Source: Phoronis australis
Lineage: Eukaryota > Animalia > Phoronida
NCBI GenBank assembly: GCA_002633005.1
Contig: NMRA01000178.1
Span: 282,520-346,519, forward strand
Length of the DNA: 64,000 nucleotides
Direction: 5' to 3'
A program made the translations under genes and the position numbers. Positions 27,101 to 40,800 of this stretch are shown piece by piece (the first letter of the stretch is position 1; every line of letters begins with the position of its first letter). Under the pieces are notes generated by a model. The model was not told the origin of the DNA. It made no database searches and saw only the letters and a list, made by a program, of their open reading frames with translations.

Positions 27101-30100
27101 ACATGGTAATGCTGGTATAATGTATTAAATTTTACATTATAATAATACTCCATACTTTCCCATTTCATCATGTAAATTCATATTATGACTAAAGAGTTCA
27201 CACATCGGTGTCAACATTTAATTTTTATTTTTCACTAGGTATTTCAATTTTCATTTCAGTCTGCAGTCAAAAATATTATAAAAATGGACAGTTTCACATA
27301 GGCAAGTTTAGGACAGACATTTTTTGGATTCTCATACCTTCCTAACAGGATTATATTTTACACAAGGAGCAAGGAAATTCAACATCGTATGACAACCATT
27401 TTAAAACGTGATCAACAAGGTTTCCCGAGAATTTGTGGTTTGCTTGAAAGTGTTTGTTAACCAGTAATGGTTAAATATGGTACAGCAAAAAACTTGAATG
27501 GTGTTTGTCTTTATCCATTCCTCATGTACATTTTCAGGTACACCGTTGGGTAAACTTTGAGTCGATGCTGGCCAAATGCTTCGTTGGTAAACTGAAAACA
27601 GTTGCATTATCCAGTTCTAGTTCTGTAAATAAACAGACTAACCCAGCGTTTGCAGTACCAGTGAACCCTGTACGACAGTCTAGTTCTTCAGGCAAACCTA
27701 GGTAGAGTTACACAAACACTTAAATTTCATTGGTTTCTCATGTGATTTGCATTCATTGATATCTTTGTGTGTGTTTACGTACTCATGTGGGTGCATATTG
27801 CCGTCATCTCTGGGCGTCCGCTGCTGTGTCCCTTTAGATTTTTGTGAAAGTTTTCGGATGGATTAGATTTATTCTGCACCATCTAGCAGCCATTTTTATT
27901 ATTTCCAAGACTTTTTTGACATCAGCCTCTCTTGTTGGAAACTGCTGAAGCCGATTGGCTGATATTTTAATATTGACAACAGTACTGTAACTTAATATGT
28001 TCATTTACTGACTAGTCCGTTTACTATGGCGCCTCCTAGTGGAAAGGTTGTGTTTTTTACATTCACAACCGTATTTCTGAAAGTCCTTGGAGGATCTTTG
28101 ATAATTTAGCAAGTGTATTTTTATGAGCGTAGCAACAGATCTGACTACCGCTGTGCCTCCTATTGGCAATTTTATGTTTTATGTTTATCTCTATGTCATC
28201 AGATTTTGTATAGGATTTTCACAAAGCTTATAAGTTTCTATTAGGGAGACCACAACGCCTTCCCATTTTTTCGCCTGGTTCAACACATTCTGCGCCGTCT
28301 AATGGTCATTCTCATGATACTGATAAAACACCAAGAAGCATGCCGTTTGCAATGCAGTTGCGGGCGCATGTCAACACTCGGTAAATGAGCACATACTGAG
28401 CGTGCTCAGCTCGAAACCGTATAAGCACTGGCATGGGAGTCGGTTTCTCATGCTTTAACACCCAGAAAATGATGTTCCATTTGTTCACAATGTTAATGCA
28501 GCTTCTTAACCCCCTATCGTGGATTGAAACCTCCTCTTTCAAAATGTCAGGCATTCCTCAATTAATTAACAATGGAAGCACATCCAACATTGATATTTGC
28601 CCACTTTTCCAGTTGACCTATCGCCAGGATTTTGAGTGACGACTTAACTGACCAATTAAAATGCAGCATTCTCGACACACCTTTGTTTCCAAGCGGTCAT
28701 TTTACCTGACAAACAACACGTTGCGGGGTAAAACTTATTGTTTGTTTGTCGACATTTCGCATGGGGGTGGAGCTTATGATAGGTCAATTCCTTAGTGTTA
28801 GAAATGTTACTCAAAATGCGGTTTATAAAATTTGCCTACATTACAGTTGCCAGATACATAATGATTAAAAATCGTATAAGTAGTTCATTTAAATGTGAAG
28901 AAGCTTGACACGTGTTGCATTGTGGGTAATTGCCTGAGAATGAGAGAGATGCTGTGCTATTTGAGGACAGGCCTATTTTCTCATTTCAGGTATGACTGGT
29001 TTCAAACTGAAGACACCGTCACAGTCACTGTTTTCACCAAGTGTCGCGGCTCACGTCTCACGGTGACGGTGGACAAGTGTGATGCCAACTTGTTAGTTAA
29101 CGTATTTATTAAAGACTTCCTGTACACAGTCAGCCTAGGTAAACATTCAACTTTATGGTCAAATTATTTAATATGAAATGCTACACAATCTTAAATATTT
29201 CCGTGAATCCAAATGAAAATTTTACTGACTTTTCAACATTTTTCCTTGTTTCTGCATAATATCTACATTTCTGGTGTTGTTAATATACAGTTCCCTGTAA
29301 CTGAATTTTACATGTGTGTATGTGCGTGTGTGCATTTGTGTGACTGTGTGTGTGTATATGTGTCTGTGTGTGGTATTGTTGTCTAGCAAATGTGCTTGCT
29401 AAAGCTCCAGAACGCTAAATATTTCAAGACTTTGGACTTATTGCAGACTTAGAAGACGACGTCCTTGAAGAATATTTAGGTTTGTTATAACTTTCTTGTT
29501 ATAGTACTCGAAATAAAATCTGAATTTTTACATTCTTATTGTGGATAAATTTGTGTTACTTTTTAGCCCTTTATAAGGCGAATATAATTTCGGAGATTTT
29601 AGTGACACTCAATGTAGCTCACCGCTTTGTGTTGAAATATAGTCAAATGATTGGTCATAAATAAAAACATGGAAACTGTATGGTTTTGGCAGATCATTTT
29701 CTGTAGAAAGTATATTAAAAATTCTGATTTTCTCTATCTATCGATCTCACTACCGCCATTTAAAAAAAATGTACTGTTGCCTTTTCCTGCTGGTACATTG
29801 TTGAGTTTTTAATTATAAACAATCTCTTGATTTTTCATGTTGTTTGGTATTCAGAGCTCTTGTTGGTTTTAGTTTGAATAGTTGAAAAATATGTTGATTT
29901 ATTTGTAGTGAAAAAATATGACGGCGGTAAAATTGACATTCAGCTACAGAAAGCAAAGCCTTCAAAGTGGAAGACACTTGGTACACCCCTTGACGGAAAC
30001 GACAGCTTTGTTAAGCGTGCAAGCAGAGGTAGTGTACTGACTTTATCTTGACAGTAACTGTTGACTTTCTTTGCTGGAGTGTTATTTGCTTAGGCTTTGG

Positions 30101-33100
30101 TTTTGTCAAGATTGGCTATTCTCCGTTCTGAAAGATATTGCAACAATACTTATCTTCATGGTTAACCACTATACTGTGGTCTATTTTTTGTTGAGTCATG
30201 TTTTAATTAACGAATTGTGAAAATCAGGCGACACCTGCAGGACTGTCCCTGGATGAAAGTTCAAACAGGCGAAAGTTGAATGTGGTGCTTTTGTATGGTA
30301 ATCCTCTTTTCTGTTAATTTACGAAAGCTGAATAGTTACGCATTATTGTCACTTGCTGGTCATGTCACTGTCACTTTTTTCTGCCAAATTATAACAAGTG
30401 CATCGCTTTGGAACACAATTTCAGACATTTATTCTCAAAATCAGAAAAAGTTGAGCGTTTCAAACATGACTCAAGATTTCAAACACGAGCCAGACCTTTT
30501 CAAACATGACCCAGAGCTTTTAAGATATGACTCAAGATTTCCAAACATGGTGTAAAACATTTGAAGCATAGTACAACACCATCCTTGAATTTATGTAAGG
30601 AGAACACAGAATGTATTACAAGTTGTGACATGATTAGTGTCTTGGATCTTATTGGCAAGTCTGTATATTTTGCAAACCTTCTACAAAACGAAGAAACAAA
30701 AAAAGATTTTAACTCAATAAAAGTGCACGTTTTTGAAAGTAAAAACCTGTAGAATTTGATTTTTGACTTTTTACCAATCTGCCATCGATTGGGTCATGTG
30801 AGCATGGCTTTTTAGTAAAATTTAGCAATAAAGAAATTTAAAGTACATTGATAGCAAAATGATAGTAGCAACAATGTAATAAAATTTTATTTGATATAAA
30901 TGTTCAAGATGAGATCTCAGTTAAAATATTTTGTTATACAATTTTTTCTTAAAAATCACAAAAGTCCTGTATTTGATATCCCCTTATTCAAGACGGGAGC
31001 ATTTGAAAAACAATTCATAAAGTGTGTTGGAGAACAGTGCGTAAAGCATAGTATCTGAAATTTTCACAAAATCATGAAACTGATCAGCCATTTCTGAGAT
31101 GGGATTATTCGAAGTTAGCCAAATTTGGACATTTTTCTAGGTCCTGTACAACCTTAATTAGAAATTGTGGCACAATATTTAGTTTTCAACGTTTCAGTAG
31201 GTCCTGACCAGTAATTGGAAGTGACTGACATGTTGTTGGTGAGCCAATAGGGCTGTACCAGATTACAAGGCGCCAGAGCTCTCATTTGTTGCGGAGATAA
31301 GAAAGCGCGTGACCTCGTTTTGGAAATAAGGCACATTATCATGTCTCTCATTGATGTCGGGAAGGCAATGAATTTCGCATCACACATCCACGGGTATTTG
31401 TCCAGTTTATCAAACTTTCTCACGTCAGAATGGCTGCCCACAGCACAGCAGTAATACTTTATTAGCATTGGAAGGACGAATAGAGTAATGCAACCAAGAA
31501 AAATTTGTAAAGAATCAGAAAACAAATAACATGCGAAGTCCAGTGGCACGAAAATGAGACAGCAAATGTGCCTGACAGATGTTTACGGCATTGTGGGTAA
31601 ATAGAGCGAGATTCGGGTGTTGCTGTGTAATCTTGGACGGCCCTATTGAAGGAAGATTACATTTTGTAACGGTGAATTGTTTCTCTATTGCAGGTGTTCA
31701 CTTTCGGGAATGCACCATTACCTCAATACAACAAGTCACCCATGACACCAACGTGTACGAGCTTCAGTTACCAACTGGTAGTCAGTTGTGTTTACCTGTA
31801 GGTCACCATGTTCACGTGAAGGCTGAAGTTCAAGGTGGGTACCTGCTTCAAGTTTTGACATTGTTTGAGAATTTGTGTTATTTTATGAAATGCACGTAAT
31901 TAAGGTACATTCAAATTCGTTGGGAGGTTTTATCTCTGTAAGAGGTAATTTGGCAGAGAGGGAGTTTCGCAAAGATATAACTTGTATACACTGGACTATG
32001 GTGCTATGTTAATTTTTATTATGCGCCCACATATTTATATGTGGACACATTATGCCGTCATCTCTGTCCGTCCGTCCGGGCGGCGTCCGGCGTCCGCTGC
32101 TCTATCTCCAAAACCCTTTGACATACGTTCATGAAATTTGGCACATATGTTCCATTCATGAATGGGACGACATGTGCGAACTTTAGGACGGATCCGACTA
32201 CCGGTGTGCCCCCTAGTGGCAATTTAGTTTTTTACGCTTACCTTTGTATCTTCAAAAGTCCTGAACGGATTTTCATGAAATTTGGTATGTAGGCACCTAT
32301 TAGTGAGATGACGCTATCCTGCCATTTTCAGATGGATTCGACATAGTTTGCGCCACCTAGTGGCCATTTTTAGTGTTTTCGAGTCTGTTTTTGTGCGTCC
32401 ACCCCTCTTTCAACCAAACCGCTCAAAGGATGATTGTGAAAATTGGCATGTATATGCCTACTATGTAGAGGACGGTTGCCGATGATTTTCCGACGATTTC
32501 GACTACTGTGGCGCCTCCTAGTGGCTGTTTTTTTTTTGCGCCTATGGCTATATCTCCTAAACCTTTCGCAGGATCTTTACGAAATTGTGTAAGTATATTT
32601 ATATGATGTTAACAACGGAAGATGACGACTTTTGGACGGATCCTACTACTGGTGTGCCCCCTAGTGGCAATTTTAGTTTTTTACGCTTACCTTTGTATCT
32701 TCAAAAGTCCTGAACGGATTTTCATGAAATTTGGTATGTAGGCACCTAATAGTGAGATGACGCTATCCTCCCGTTTTCAGATAGATTCGACATAGTTTGC
32801 GCCACCTAGTGGCCATTTTTACTGTTTTCGAGTCTGTATTTTTGCGTCCACCCCTCTATCAATCAAACCGCTCAAAGGATGATTGTGAAAATTGCCGTGT
32901 ATGTGCTTACTATAAGGAAGACAGCTGACAATGATTTTCAGACGATTTGGACTACTGTGGCACCTCCTAGTGGCAGTTTTGTTTTTTTTGCGCCCATGGT
33001 TGTATCTCCCAAACCGTTTGCAGGATCTTTACTAAATTTAGCAAGTGTATTGATGTGATGTTGACAACGGACGATGACGACTTTAGGATGATTCTGACTA

Positions 33101-36100
33101 CCGGTATGCCTCTAGTGGCAATTTTAGTATTTGCCTCTAGTGGCAATTTATAGTATTTTACATTGACCTCTGTATTTTCATAGGTCTTCAGGTGTATACT
33201 TTGTGTTACTTCGTGACTATGAAGGAAAAGTTCCAAGTAGAAATTTGTTTCTGGCATTCTAATGCTGTGCTAATCTCGTATGTTGGTAAATTTGTTTTTA
33301 TTCTATGTTTCTGTGGTGCTTTAAGCAACTGGTGTATAGGATGTGCTTGTATTATGAAGATTACTCACATTTTGCCCCTAGCCTATTGAGGAGACAATGA
33401 CCATGCCTTTCCATTTTGCTAAGTACAACATACTACATATATGCCCTCTGCTGTAGGTTGGATTCCATGCTGAGAAAATCACTTTTCTTGCTGATAAAGT
33501 CACTTTAAAGGTAAACAGGAAACTGAGTAAGCAGTGTGACCTAGTGTGATGGGTGACTGCTTTCTTTACTCAAGGTTGTGAGTTCGAGTCCCACTGGGTC
33601 TCACTACTAAACCCTTGAGTCAGGTTTCTAGCTCCTCAGCTCGGTTTTAACTATATATTAATAAGGCATAAAAATGGTTCCAGATGATCAGTGCAATGGG
33701 CCCACTAGAGCAGCCTGCGCATGTCTGGTACAACGTGCATCAGGCCGCCTGCAATTATATTTTATAAGCAGGAGATTGATACTTATTGTTTTGTTTTCAT
33801 TATAGGGGTGGAAATTAGTCGCAGCTACACCTGCATAACATTACCTGGTCAGTGTAAGGACATTGACAGCAAGCTTCATTTGATGATCAAGGTGTATCCT
33901 AATGGCACTCTAACTCCACACATTGGTGCTATGAAAGTTGGTAAGTTGAACTTTCAACTTCTGAAAGGTTTAATGGGAAGGAATTTCAGTTTCTAGCAGT
34001 ATTGAAGTCTTTGTGTACTAACAGTAATCTCAACGAGGACTTGGAGTTAAAGAGGCTGTACGTTGGTGAGGCCAACCTCTCAATTTCTAAGATTTGAATA
34101 TAGGGCTCAATTTGACAACCTCAGATTTTGTTTGACAACATGGGAAAAGCTCAGTCGCCACGAAGTCACCACGCCACATCTGAGCACGCACTTTGAATAC
34201 TACTGTAACAACTAGAAAACAAGCTGAAGTTGGAATCATTTGGCAAAAAATTCAAGGGCCCAGTCGTGTTTGCCTGCCTGACGATGTGGGCCTACACGTG
34301 GGATATTGGACTCAAAAAGGTGGCTCATAATTTTCCGTTCGATCAAAAAAACACGATCTGGTCATCGCGAGTACACTGATGGACATTTGATGAGTTTGGT
34401 GGCTGTCCACTTCAAGCATCTCGTTTCTTTCAATTTCGACTCTTGCCAATGAGTTTGGTGACCTCAGATCCAGTTTGGTGAGCTGACAATTTTGCCAGGT
34501 CGCATTTGGTGAGTTAATATTATGCTAGGCATCGAGCACTGGAATCATTAATTTTCTGCCTGTAAATAGCTTTCTGTCAAAAAATTTACTTTTGGTTAAG
34601 ATCAACAAGTCTTCCCAAATAGTTCCTTAGATTTTATGTGATTTTTGGGATTTGTAAGAAGGGACATTTGGTTACTGTCGAAGACCTGACTCATGCGGTT
34701 AACTTCACACAGTCGTTCATTTTGTGCACCAAACATTACCTCGAGCAACGCATTTTTCCCCCAAGCCCAGAAATCATTTTCAACACAAGGAGGCAACATA
34801 GTGATTGATCAGCTCTCTAATGGCAAGTGGTCGGAATAAATCAAAATATTTTTGGCCTAAATGTTGAGTAGTTGACTTCACCGACTATGTCTTACTGCTG
34901 TCAGAGGTAGTGTGTTGCAAGTGGCTGTTCTGGGTATCACATGTTGTAAGTGGCTGTTCTGGGTATCACATACTCTGGCTTTGGTTCACGAATTGTTCTT
35001 GCTGATTAAATATCCTGGCATAGTTGTCCAATTCCTTTCTGTAGCATTATTTTTACTGGTGTCTGTGCTAGCAAGGTTATGAGATGCACTTGCATGATTT
35101 TATGTGAACTCAACCAACATGCCAGATACTGACCTTATTGAAACCAACCCTGGTTTGCACTACTTCAATACTTCTGATATGCTCTCATCTCTCTGTTTGT
35201 TCTTGACAATGTTCACTCACAGCACCACCTAGTGGCATGGGTACTAAATGTTGCTTACAGGTGATACTTTACAAGTCAGTGACCCCGACGGTACGTTTGA
35301 TGTCTCTGTGTTGAATAATGCCAAGCAGTTAGTCATGCTGGCAGGCGGCACTGGCTTCACACCAATGATTCGACTATTATGGGATGGATGTCACACTAAC
35401 ATGTAAGTGATGTGAACTTCTGACCTTTTTGACTTGCCTTGTCAAATTTGTTTCTACTGCTTGATGGTTGGCTATGGCTTTTCGTGCGTCCAATGATGGT
35501 TTTACCACTTTTACTCTTCTCCCTCAGGGTTAGTCATAAATTGTCAACTGATCTTGTCTTCTTGGAAATGGTAACTTAACTGCATCGTTACGTTATTTTT
35601 GTCTTCGTTCTGTTTGATTGAGTTTTCTCTTCACAGCTCTTTACGTCTACTGTGTTAGAAAGTTGTCTTGTCCATGAATCAGAATACTATGTTATTGCCG
35701 TAAATTATTTTCCAGAAAGAAGAAGTTGATATTTTTTAATAAAACAAAGGATGACATTTTGTGGAAGGATAAGATTGACCAGCTGATTGGTGACAACCAA
35801 AGGTATAGTTCCAATACTCACCCTAAATTTTGTTGTCTTTCGTCAGGTTTTTCAACTGTATACTAAATTCCTTTTCAGTTTACATTGATAAAGGAACGAG
35901 GTGTTCTTTCACCAGATTATGTTCTTACTAATGGAAGATTAGAAGCCTAATTCACACCAATTTTGATGTAATAGAACTAGAAAAAAATCTCCGGTTTAGG
36001 ACAAGTAGAATTTTGTTTTATCAAACTTTCCACAAAAATGACTTTTTATGAAATATTGCACTGATGTTGGCATGGTATGTATCGTTATGTGTTATCTAAC

Positions 36101-37240
36101 AGCATTTGGTTCTAGTTTAGGCTTTTGCAGCAATGTTGCAAAATTTGGAGAGTAAAAATGTCAATTTAGTACTGTTGCTATGTACTAAATTGTGGAGTTC
36201 TACTGTGGTGTCAGTCATCGCCTCATTATGAATAACTTGAATAAGACCTTAGTGAGGATCCTCTGTGTTTTTGTGTTTAGTTACCTGCAATTGTAGTTAC
36301 TTGTAGCATTAGTAACTTGCAGTTGTAGTTACTTGTACCATTAGTTACCTGACTGAAGTTCTAGTTACCTGCAAGTCAGTATTTGATTGTAAATATATGC
36401 AAACATAGACAATACTGAATAGTACTCACACCAGAGGAACATTTTGGATTATACAGGTTCTGGGTAAAATGTGGTACAGTACCAACGAAGCTCAATACTG
36501 CAGAAATATTTCCCAAGTTTGTGCGTCAGGAATGAAAAACCTTACCATCAGAAACAATTCTTCATGTGATGGTAACCCGCCCTCTCATCTCTGTCTTTCA
36601 CCTAGGCTTAGTGTCGTGCACGTACTGTCGAAGCCTGACAGTAAATGGGGCGGTACTGTTGGTCATGTTGATGAAGAGTTACTCCGGTCCCATGTACCGG
36701 AGCGAGATGTCAACAATCTCTGCTACATCTGTGTGTGTGGTCCAACGCCTTTCACAGAAGAAGTAAACAGGTAGGTTAACTATCAATACAGATTCACTCC
36801 AAAGAGTGGAACACCCGATCTTGACAGTTTTCAATGTCACTCGTATAATCCTCCAGCCTTACAATCCTTCAGTTGTACAGTCCTTTGAATTTAGAGCACA
36901 AAACTCTGTCTCAATCAGTCTTGCGTTTCTTACACAGGTTAGATTAGGGATTTTCAGACTTTTCTTCTTTTGCTGAAGTGCAATTTAATTATTTTTCAGA
37001 AAAAGATGTGTGGAGCATAAGACCAAATTTCTGTCTTGAGTCACTTTCATAAAATAGATCCCGAAAACAGTGCAGATCTTATGTGTTGCTTTTGGTATTT
37101 CATGCTTTGTTGGTGTGTTAATTTAGCTTATCTCTCTACTGGTGTTTTTCAGGCTCCTGAAGAAGATAGGTTATTCCGACTGTGATATTCATCTGTTTTT
37201 GGGCCAGTCATCTTTCTCACAAGTGGAGAGCAATATATGA
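24151..37240 (+). CDS. CYB5R4: Cytochrome b5 reductase 4 (NCB5OR: b5 + CS + b5R domains), ~525 aa; exons 24151-24295, 25573-25680, 25848-25948, 27538-27701, 28990-29138, 29447-29479, 29909-30028, 31694-31834, 33806-33940, 35261-35402, 35716-35802, 36606-36770, 37153-37240
   Basis: The spliced translation contains KVALKQGRSLMDWIRL, the heme motif YMEYHPGGMEELMRGAG, VHRWVNFESML, the CS domain YDWFQTEDTVTVTVFTK, the FAD motif RSYT, and the NADH motifs LAGGTGFTPM and CVCGPTPF. All introns are GT-AG and phase-consistent. An in-frame stop lies upstream of ATG 24151. Confidence 0.96.
25871..26500 (+). repeat. Tandem array (~6 copies, ~95-111 bp) of the 3' part of CYB5R4 exon 3 plus its 5' splice site
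   Basis: The unit TAC(A/C)TGGAGTACCATCCTGGTGGCAAGGAGGAGTTGATGAG...CATCTGTTTAATCAGGTGAG(A/T)GACACATTATAACATGTTGCAACTC recurs at ~25871, 25980, 26088, 26199, 26295 and 26395. Confidence 0.95.
27780..28410 (+). mobile_element. Older copy of the same HINE-like family in CYB5R4 intron 4
   Basis: Shares the head ATGTGG..CAT..TGCCGTCATCTCTG..GGCGTCCGCTGCT and ~150-bp subunits with GCGCCTCCTAGTGG-like motifs. The 3' GCGGGCGCAT is the inverse of the 5' ATGCGCCC, and there is a terminal hairpin TGAGCAC-n9-GTGCTCA (28386-28408). Confidence 0.7.
32014..33760 (+). mobile_element. Non-autonomous Helentron/DINE-1-like (HINE) element with an internal ~450-bp higher-order repeat of ~150-bp subunits
   Basis: 5' end TTTTTATTATGCGCCCACATAT..ATATGTGG (short inverted repeat), then a (TCCG)n microsatellite. 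The tandem core (32186-33144) has CCTAGTGGC ending at 32220, 32364, 32525, 32668, 32813, 32974 and 33119. A hairpin plus CCGCCTGCAATTAT(T)n end at ~33713-33760 is also seen at 4782-4812. The 3' boundary is uncertain. Confidence 0.7.
33530..33610 (+). mobile_element. Degenerate tRNA-derived SINE head
   Basis: B-box GAGTTCGAGTCCC preceded by AGGTTGT and a degenerate A-box; no complete cloverleaf. Confidence 0.4.
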
Positions 37241-37390
37241 AACTAGCTGTGATAGGAACTGAAAGACACAGTCTTATGACCTGTTGCTGTCGAAAGCTGT
37301 GGGAACAAATTAGAAGAACTATTGGAACAGGTCTGTCGAATTAGTGAAGAGAAACCCAGCTTACCTTTATTTGTAAGGTGACTTGTAGAC

Positions 37391-37642
37391 TACGGTAAAA
37401 TTCTTCAGTTTGGGACAAAAATAATTGCTAAAATTGCTGTATCTCTATTTTTCAGAGGCTCTCCACATTTGTTCAAATTTCCAAAATTTTACCAAATGTT
37501 GTTCGGTAATAGTTACATCATACATACCATGCTAAAAGAAAAGTAAGTTTCTATGAAAAGTTACATTTGTTAAGGAATTTGACAAAATGAATTTCACCTG
37601 TCTGCCATATTGTGTACCGTGCTGTGAAGAATTTTTACCATA
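37391..37642. mobile_element. TA-flanked Tc1/mariner-type MITE (duplicate copy at 41473-41729)
   Basis: TIR TACGGTAAAATTCTTCA ... TGAAGAATTTTTACCATA. Confidence 0.65.
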
Positions 37643-37744
37643 GTTAAATCCTGGTGAGGACTAGCCAATTCCAATCTCTTTTAGAAACTTAGCAGCGAAT
37701 GCTTGCCCTCCCAACAAGGGCACAGAGTGGTCTCCTCTGCAATA

Positions 37745-37890
37745 TACGGTAAACTCATGGGTTAACGCCCGTGGCCACTTAAATTAGGAAATCCCGAGAC
37801 AGGAGGGTAGGCAATTATCCAAGCAGTGGGCGCTTAAACCGAAAATTGACAAAAAGTCGGGCATGGGCATTAACCCGTGAGTTTACGGTA
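37745..37890. mobile_element. 146-bp TA-flanked Tc1/mariner-type MITE (duplicate copy at 41832-41977)
   Basis: 26-bp TIR TACGGTAAACTCATGGGTTAACGCCC ... GGGCATTAACCCGTGAGTTTACGGTA. Confidence 0.75.
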
Positions 37891-40800
37891 GTTTTCTATT
37901 ACTATTAACACCACACTGATGCTGCTGGGTGATGACTGTACCTTGTAAGGTTACACTGTGTGCATACTGTTGTACTGGTGTTTGTAGTAAATATGTAGCA
38001 CTGAATGTAAACCTTAGCCTACAGACTGTAACTGTGTCATCGTACTAAACTGTGGGATAAATGCAGCATCCGGCAAGAAGTTACTAGACTCTGATTAATT
38101 GAGTACATAATATCCCGAGGTAATAAATGATCAATGTTGCACGCGTTCTTTAAAGCCTTTTTTAAATTGTGAGAGTGAAGAGCAAACGGGCTGCTCAACT
38201 TAATAATTTACCAAGCAAGACCCCAAAGTTTTGCGACAGTATTATATTTTGCAACTTGGCGACTGAATGATTGATGGCTGATACGAGGCTAGGAGGCTTG
38301 CGTCATGTGTCATTCATACTGTCTTGTTGTAACAGCTTTGCGCACAAATGGGATTTAATAAGTTTATTTTCAAGTGCTACCTCAGTATTCCACAATTCTG
38401 GCAGTAGGAGAACGTGATGTCCCAACTAATTGTTTCTGCTGTCAATCAAGAGTAGATAAAAAGCATAATCTGCACATAAAAAGTGTTTCCAAGTAAAGAT
38501 GTTTTTTAGAGCAAACTATGTACCAAATGATGGATTGGCGTCTTTACTTAAATTGTTGTTTCATTAATTTAATGGAGTTTTGTGTTGTGGCATGTGAGTG
38601 CTCGTCGCCCACTAGTAAGGAACTTAGCTCTGCATGTATATTTTATCAGCATTAATTTACTTAGCTGCCCTCAAATATCAAGCATAATCAAATTGCAGAA
38701 ACTAATCCTTGGGTGAATATCTAAGTCATCCTTCATCCTGTCTTCACTAATGGTGTAATAAATATTGATGTGTACTAGATGTGACTCAATATCAACAAAA
38801 CTGAGGACTTCCAATGAGAAAATTGTTGTGGGCGTACATCTATTTTGAACTTAAAATCTCTTCAGTTCCCATTTTGGATCCATGTTCTTCAACTGTCATA
38901 GCCTTTCAAGTCAGAATTGTCTCCCTTTATTTAAATTTAATTTGTTACTGTAGCAGCACACGAGTTGAGGAAACAGAAGTCACTCTGAATGAAGGACATC
39001 TGTTGATTGATCATTGCAGAATACATCCATTCATATGCGAAACTTATGGATGTCTTTAAGACTCATGCAGTGTTAACGCATTGGAAGAGTTCCAACATCA
39101 GTCACAGTTAGTTACTATTCAATGCGGGCTCGGTTACATACGACTTGACTAAGATACACACCCAACATGCTTTCATAAACACATGAGTGAACAAGAGTCC
39201 TGTGAAGTGCTACTTACATTCACAGCTAGCCTTAGTACAAAGCTGTATACTAACTATACACAGCATGCTTATCTGGCTCTGTGTGAACCACACTACTCTT
39301 GACTTGAAGTGACTCTATGTTTAAAGACTGTCCACTACTCCCTCTAGTGTAAATCATAATTGTCCATGTCACTTGACTTGAAATGAAATTCCAGTGTCAT
39401 TGGTATGTCAGTCATGGCTGATGGACAGTAGAGACAACTTAACGAGGATTCCCATTTACCTTACGTTAGTAATAAAGATACTGTGACATCACTCTCATTC
39501 TTATCCTTTCACCAATGGGATGATGCCACTACTGTGCATTTTCTTACCACTGCTGAACCTAAAATTACATGACGAAAACCAGTCATTTATGTGTTACACG
39601 AACCCACAGCCTAAAGTATAGCCAGTCAAAATTTGAGTTGCATGACACAATGTTGTAATATGTAAACTTCATAGTCGATTCACGTGGATCACTTAACAAC
39701 CTTATGGATACTGTCAATTAGAATGATTCCAACCAAACCTACAAAAGCAAATGGACCAAAGATCAGACAATGAGCATTGCATTCCATTAAAAAGCGAATT
39801 CATCGTCCTTACCCTGGCTGTTGCTTAACATATTAATTCAGTTAATTCCATGCGCAAATGATGTCCAGATTTTACAAGGTCGTGATTTGTACATGAATGA
39901 AACAATGAGGTTGATTTAAATCATATATACGCGGGTTGACCTTTACCTAGTCAGATGTGTGTCATAATTGTGTGCATTCAGTTATTTCAAAGCTTGGTGA
40001 GTCTCGTGATTAGGCATGTCAGTCTTAAGATTGGCCATCACTGTCGAAGTGTCTGAATCAGTATGGAACATGTAGGTACTTGGACAGTGTTCTGTAGACC
40101 TAGTTTCTTACAAGAAAAGTGGGATCACATAGGACCATGCAAAATCAGACGCATGAAAGGACACTGTATTGCCAGTATGGTCGAGGTGATAGTAGTGTAA
40201 CAAAATGGCGGTGAGGTTGGAATGTTGAATTCTGGGATAGAATGAATCATAGGATAGAATGAATTCTGGGATAGAAGTCAAAATTTCCGTTCTACAAGTG
40301 AAAATTTCTTACCTCATGTACATTAGCTGCCTTGGGAGCTAGCGAACTGTTTTAGAAGAGATCAAAGTATGCACCACTATAACTGCAAGAGTCGAACTCC
40401 AAGGAACTACGGCTCACAACACCTTCAAACAGCATGCAAAGACTGGCTTGAAAATTCCTGTGCAGTGGCATATTTGAAACCATAATTTTGTAATGTTTTG
40501 GGGTAGAATATTTTCTTTTGTGTGGTACTTTATTCTGATTAAGTATTACACAACCACAGACTGAGTGGAGGACATTAACTGCAACAAGTGAAAGATTCAT
40601 TGTCGCTAAGTTTATTTATTACAGTTTGAAGTTTGAGCTTTCTGCTTTCCCTAATTAGTAATGTACAGTACTTTAATACAACAACAAACTTTTACTTACA
40701 GAGGTAAAGTTTATTCATAAATCACTCTACAAAATATAATTTTAGTGGCGCAACCAGCTTCAACTAAACTACAATAACATGAGTTAACAAAAATATAACA

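Noticed and set aside
38334-38345. AGCTTTGCGCA resembling the start of U4 snRNA
   Set aside because: Only 11 nt match, and the duplicate copy reads AGCTTTGTGCA.
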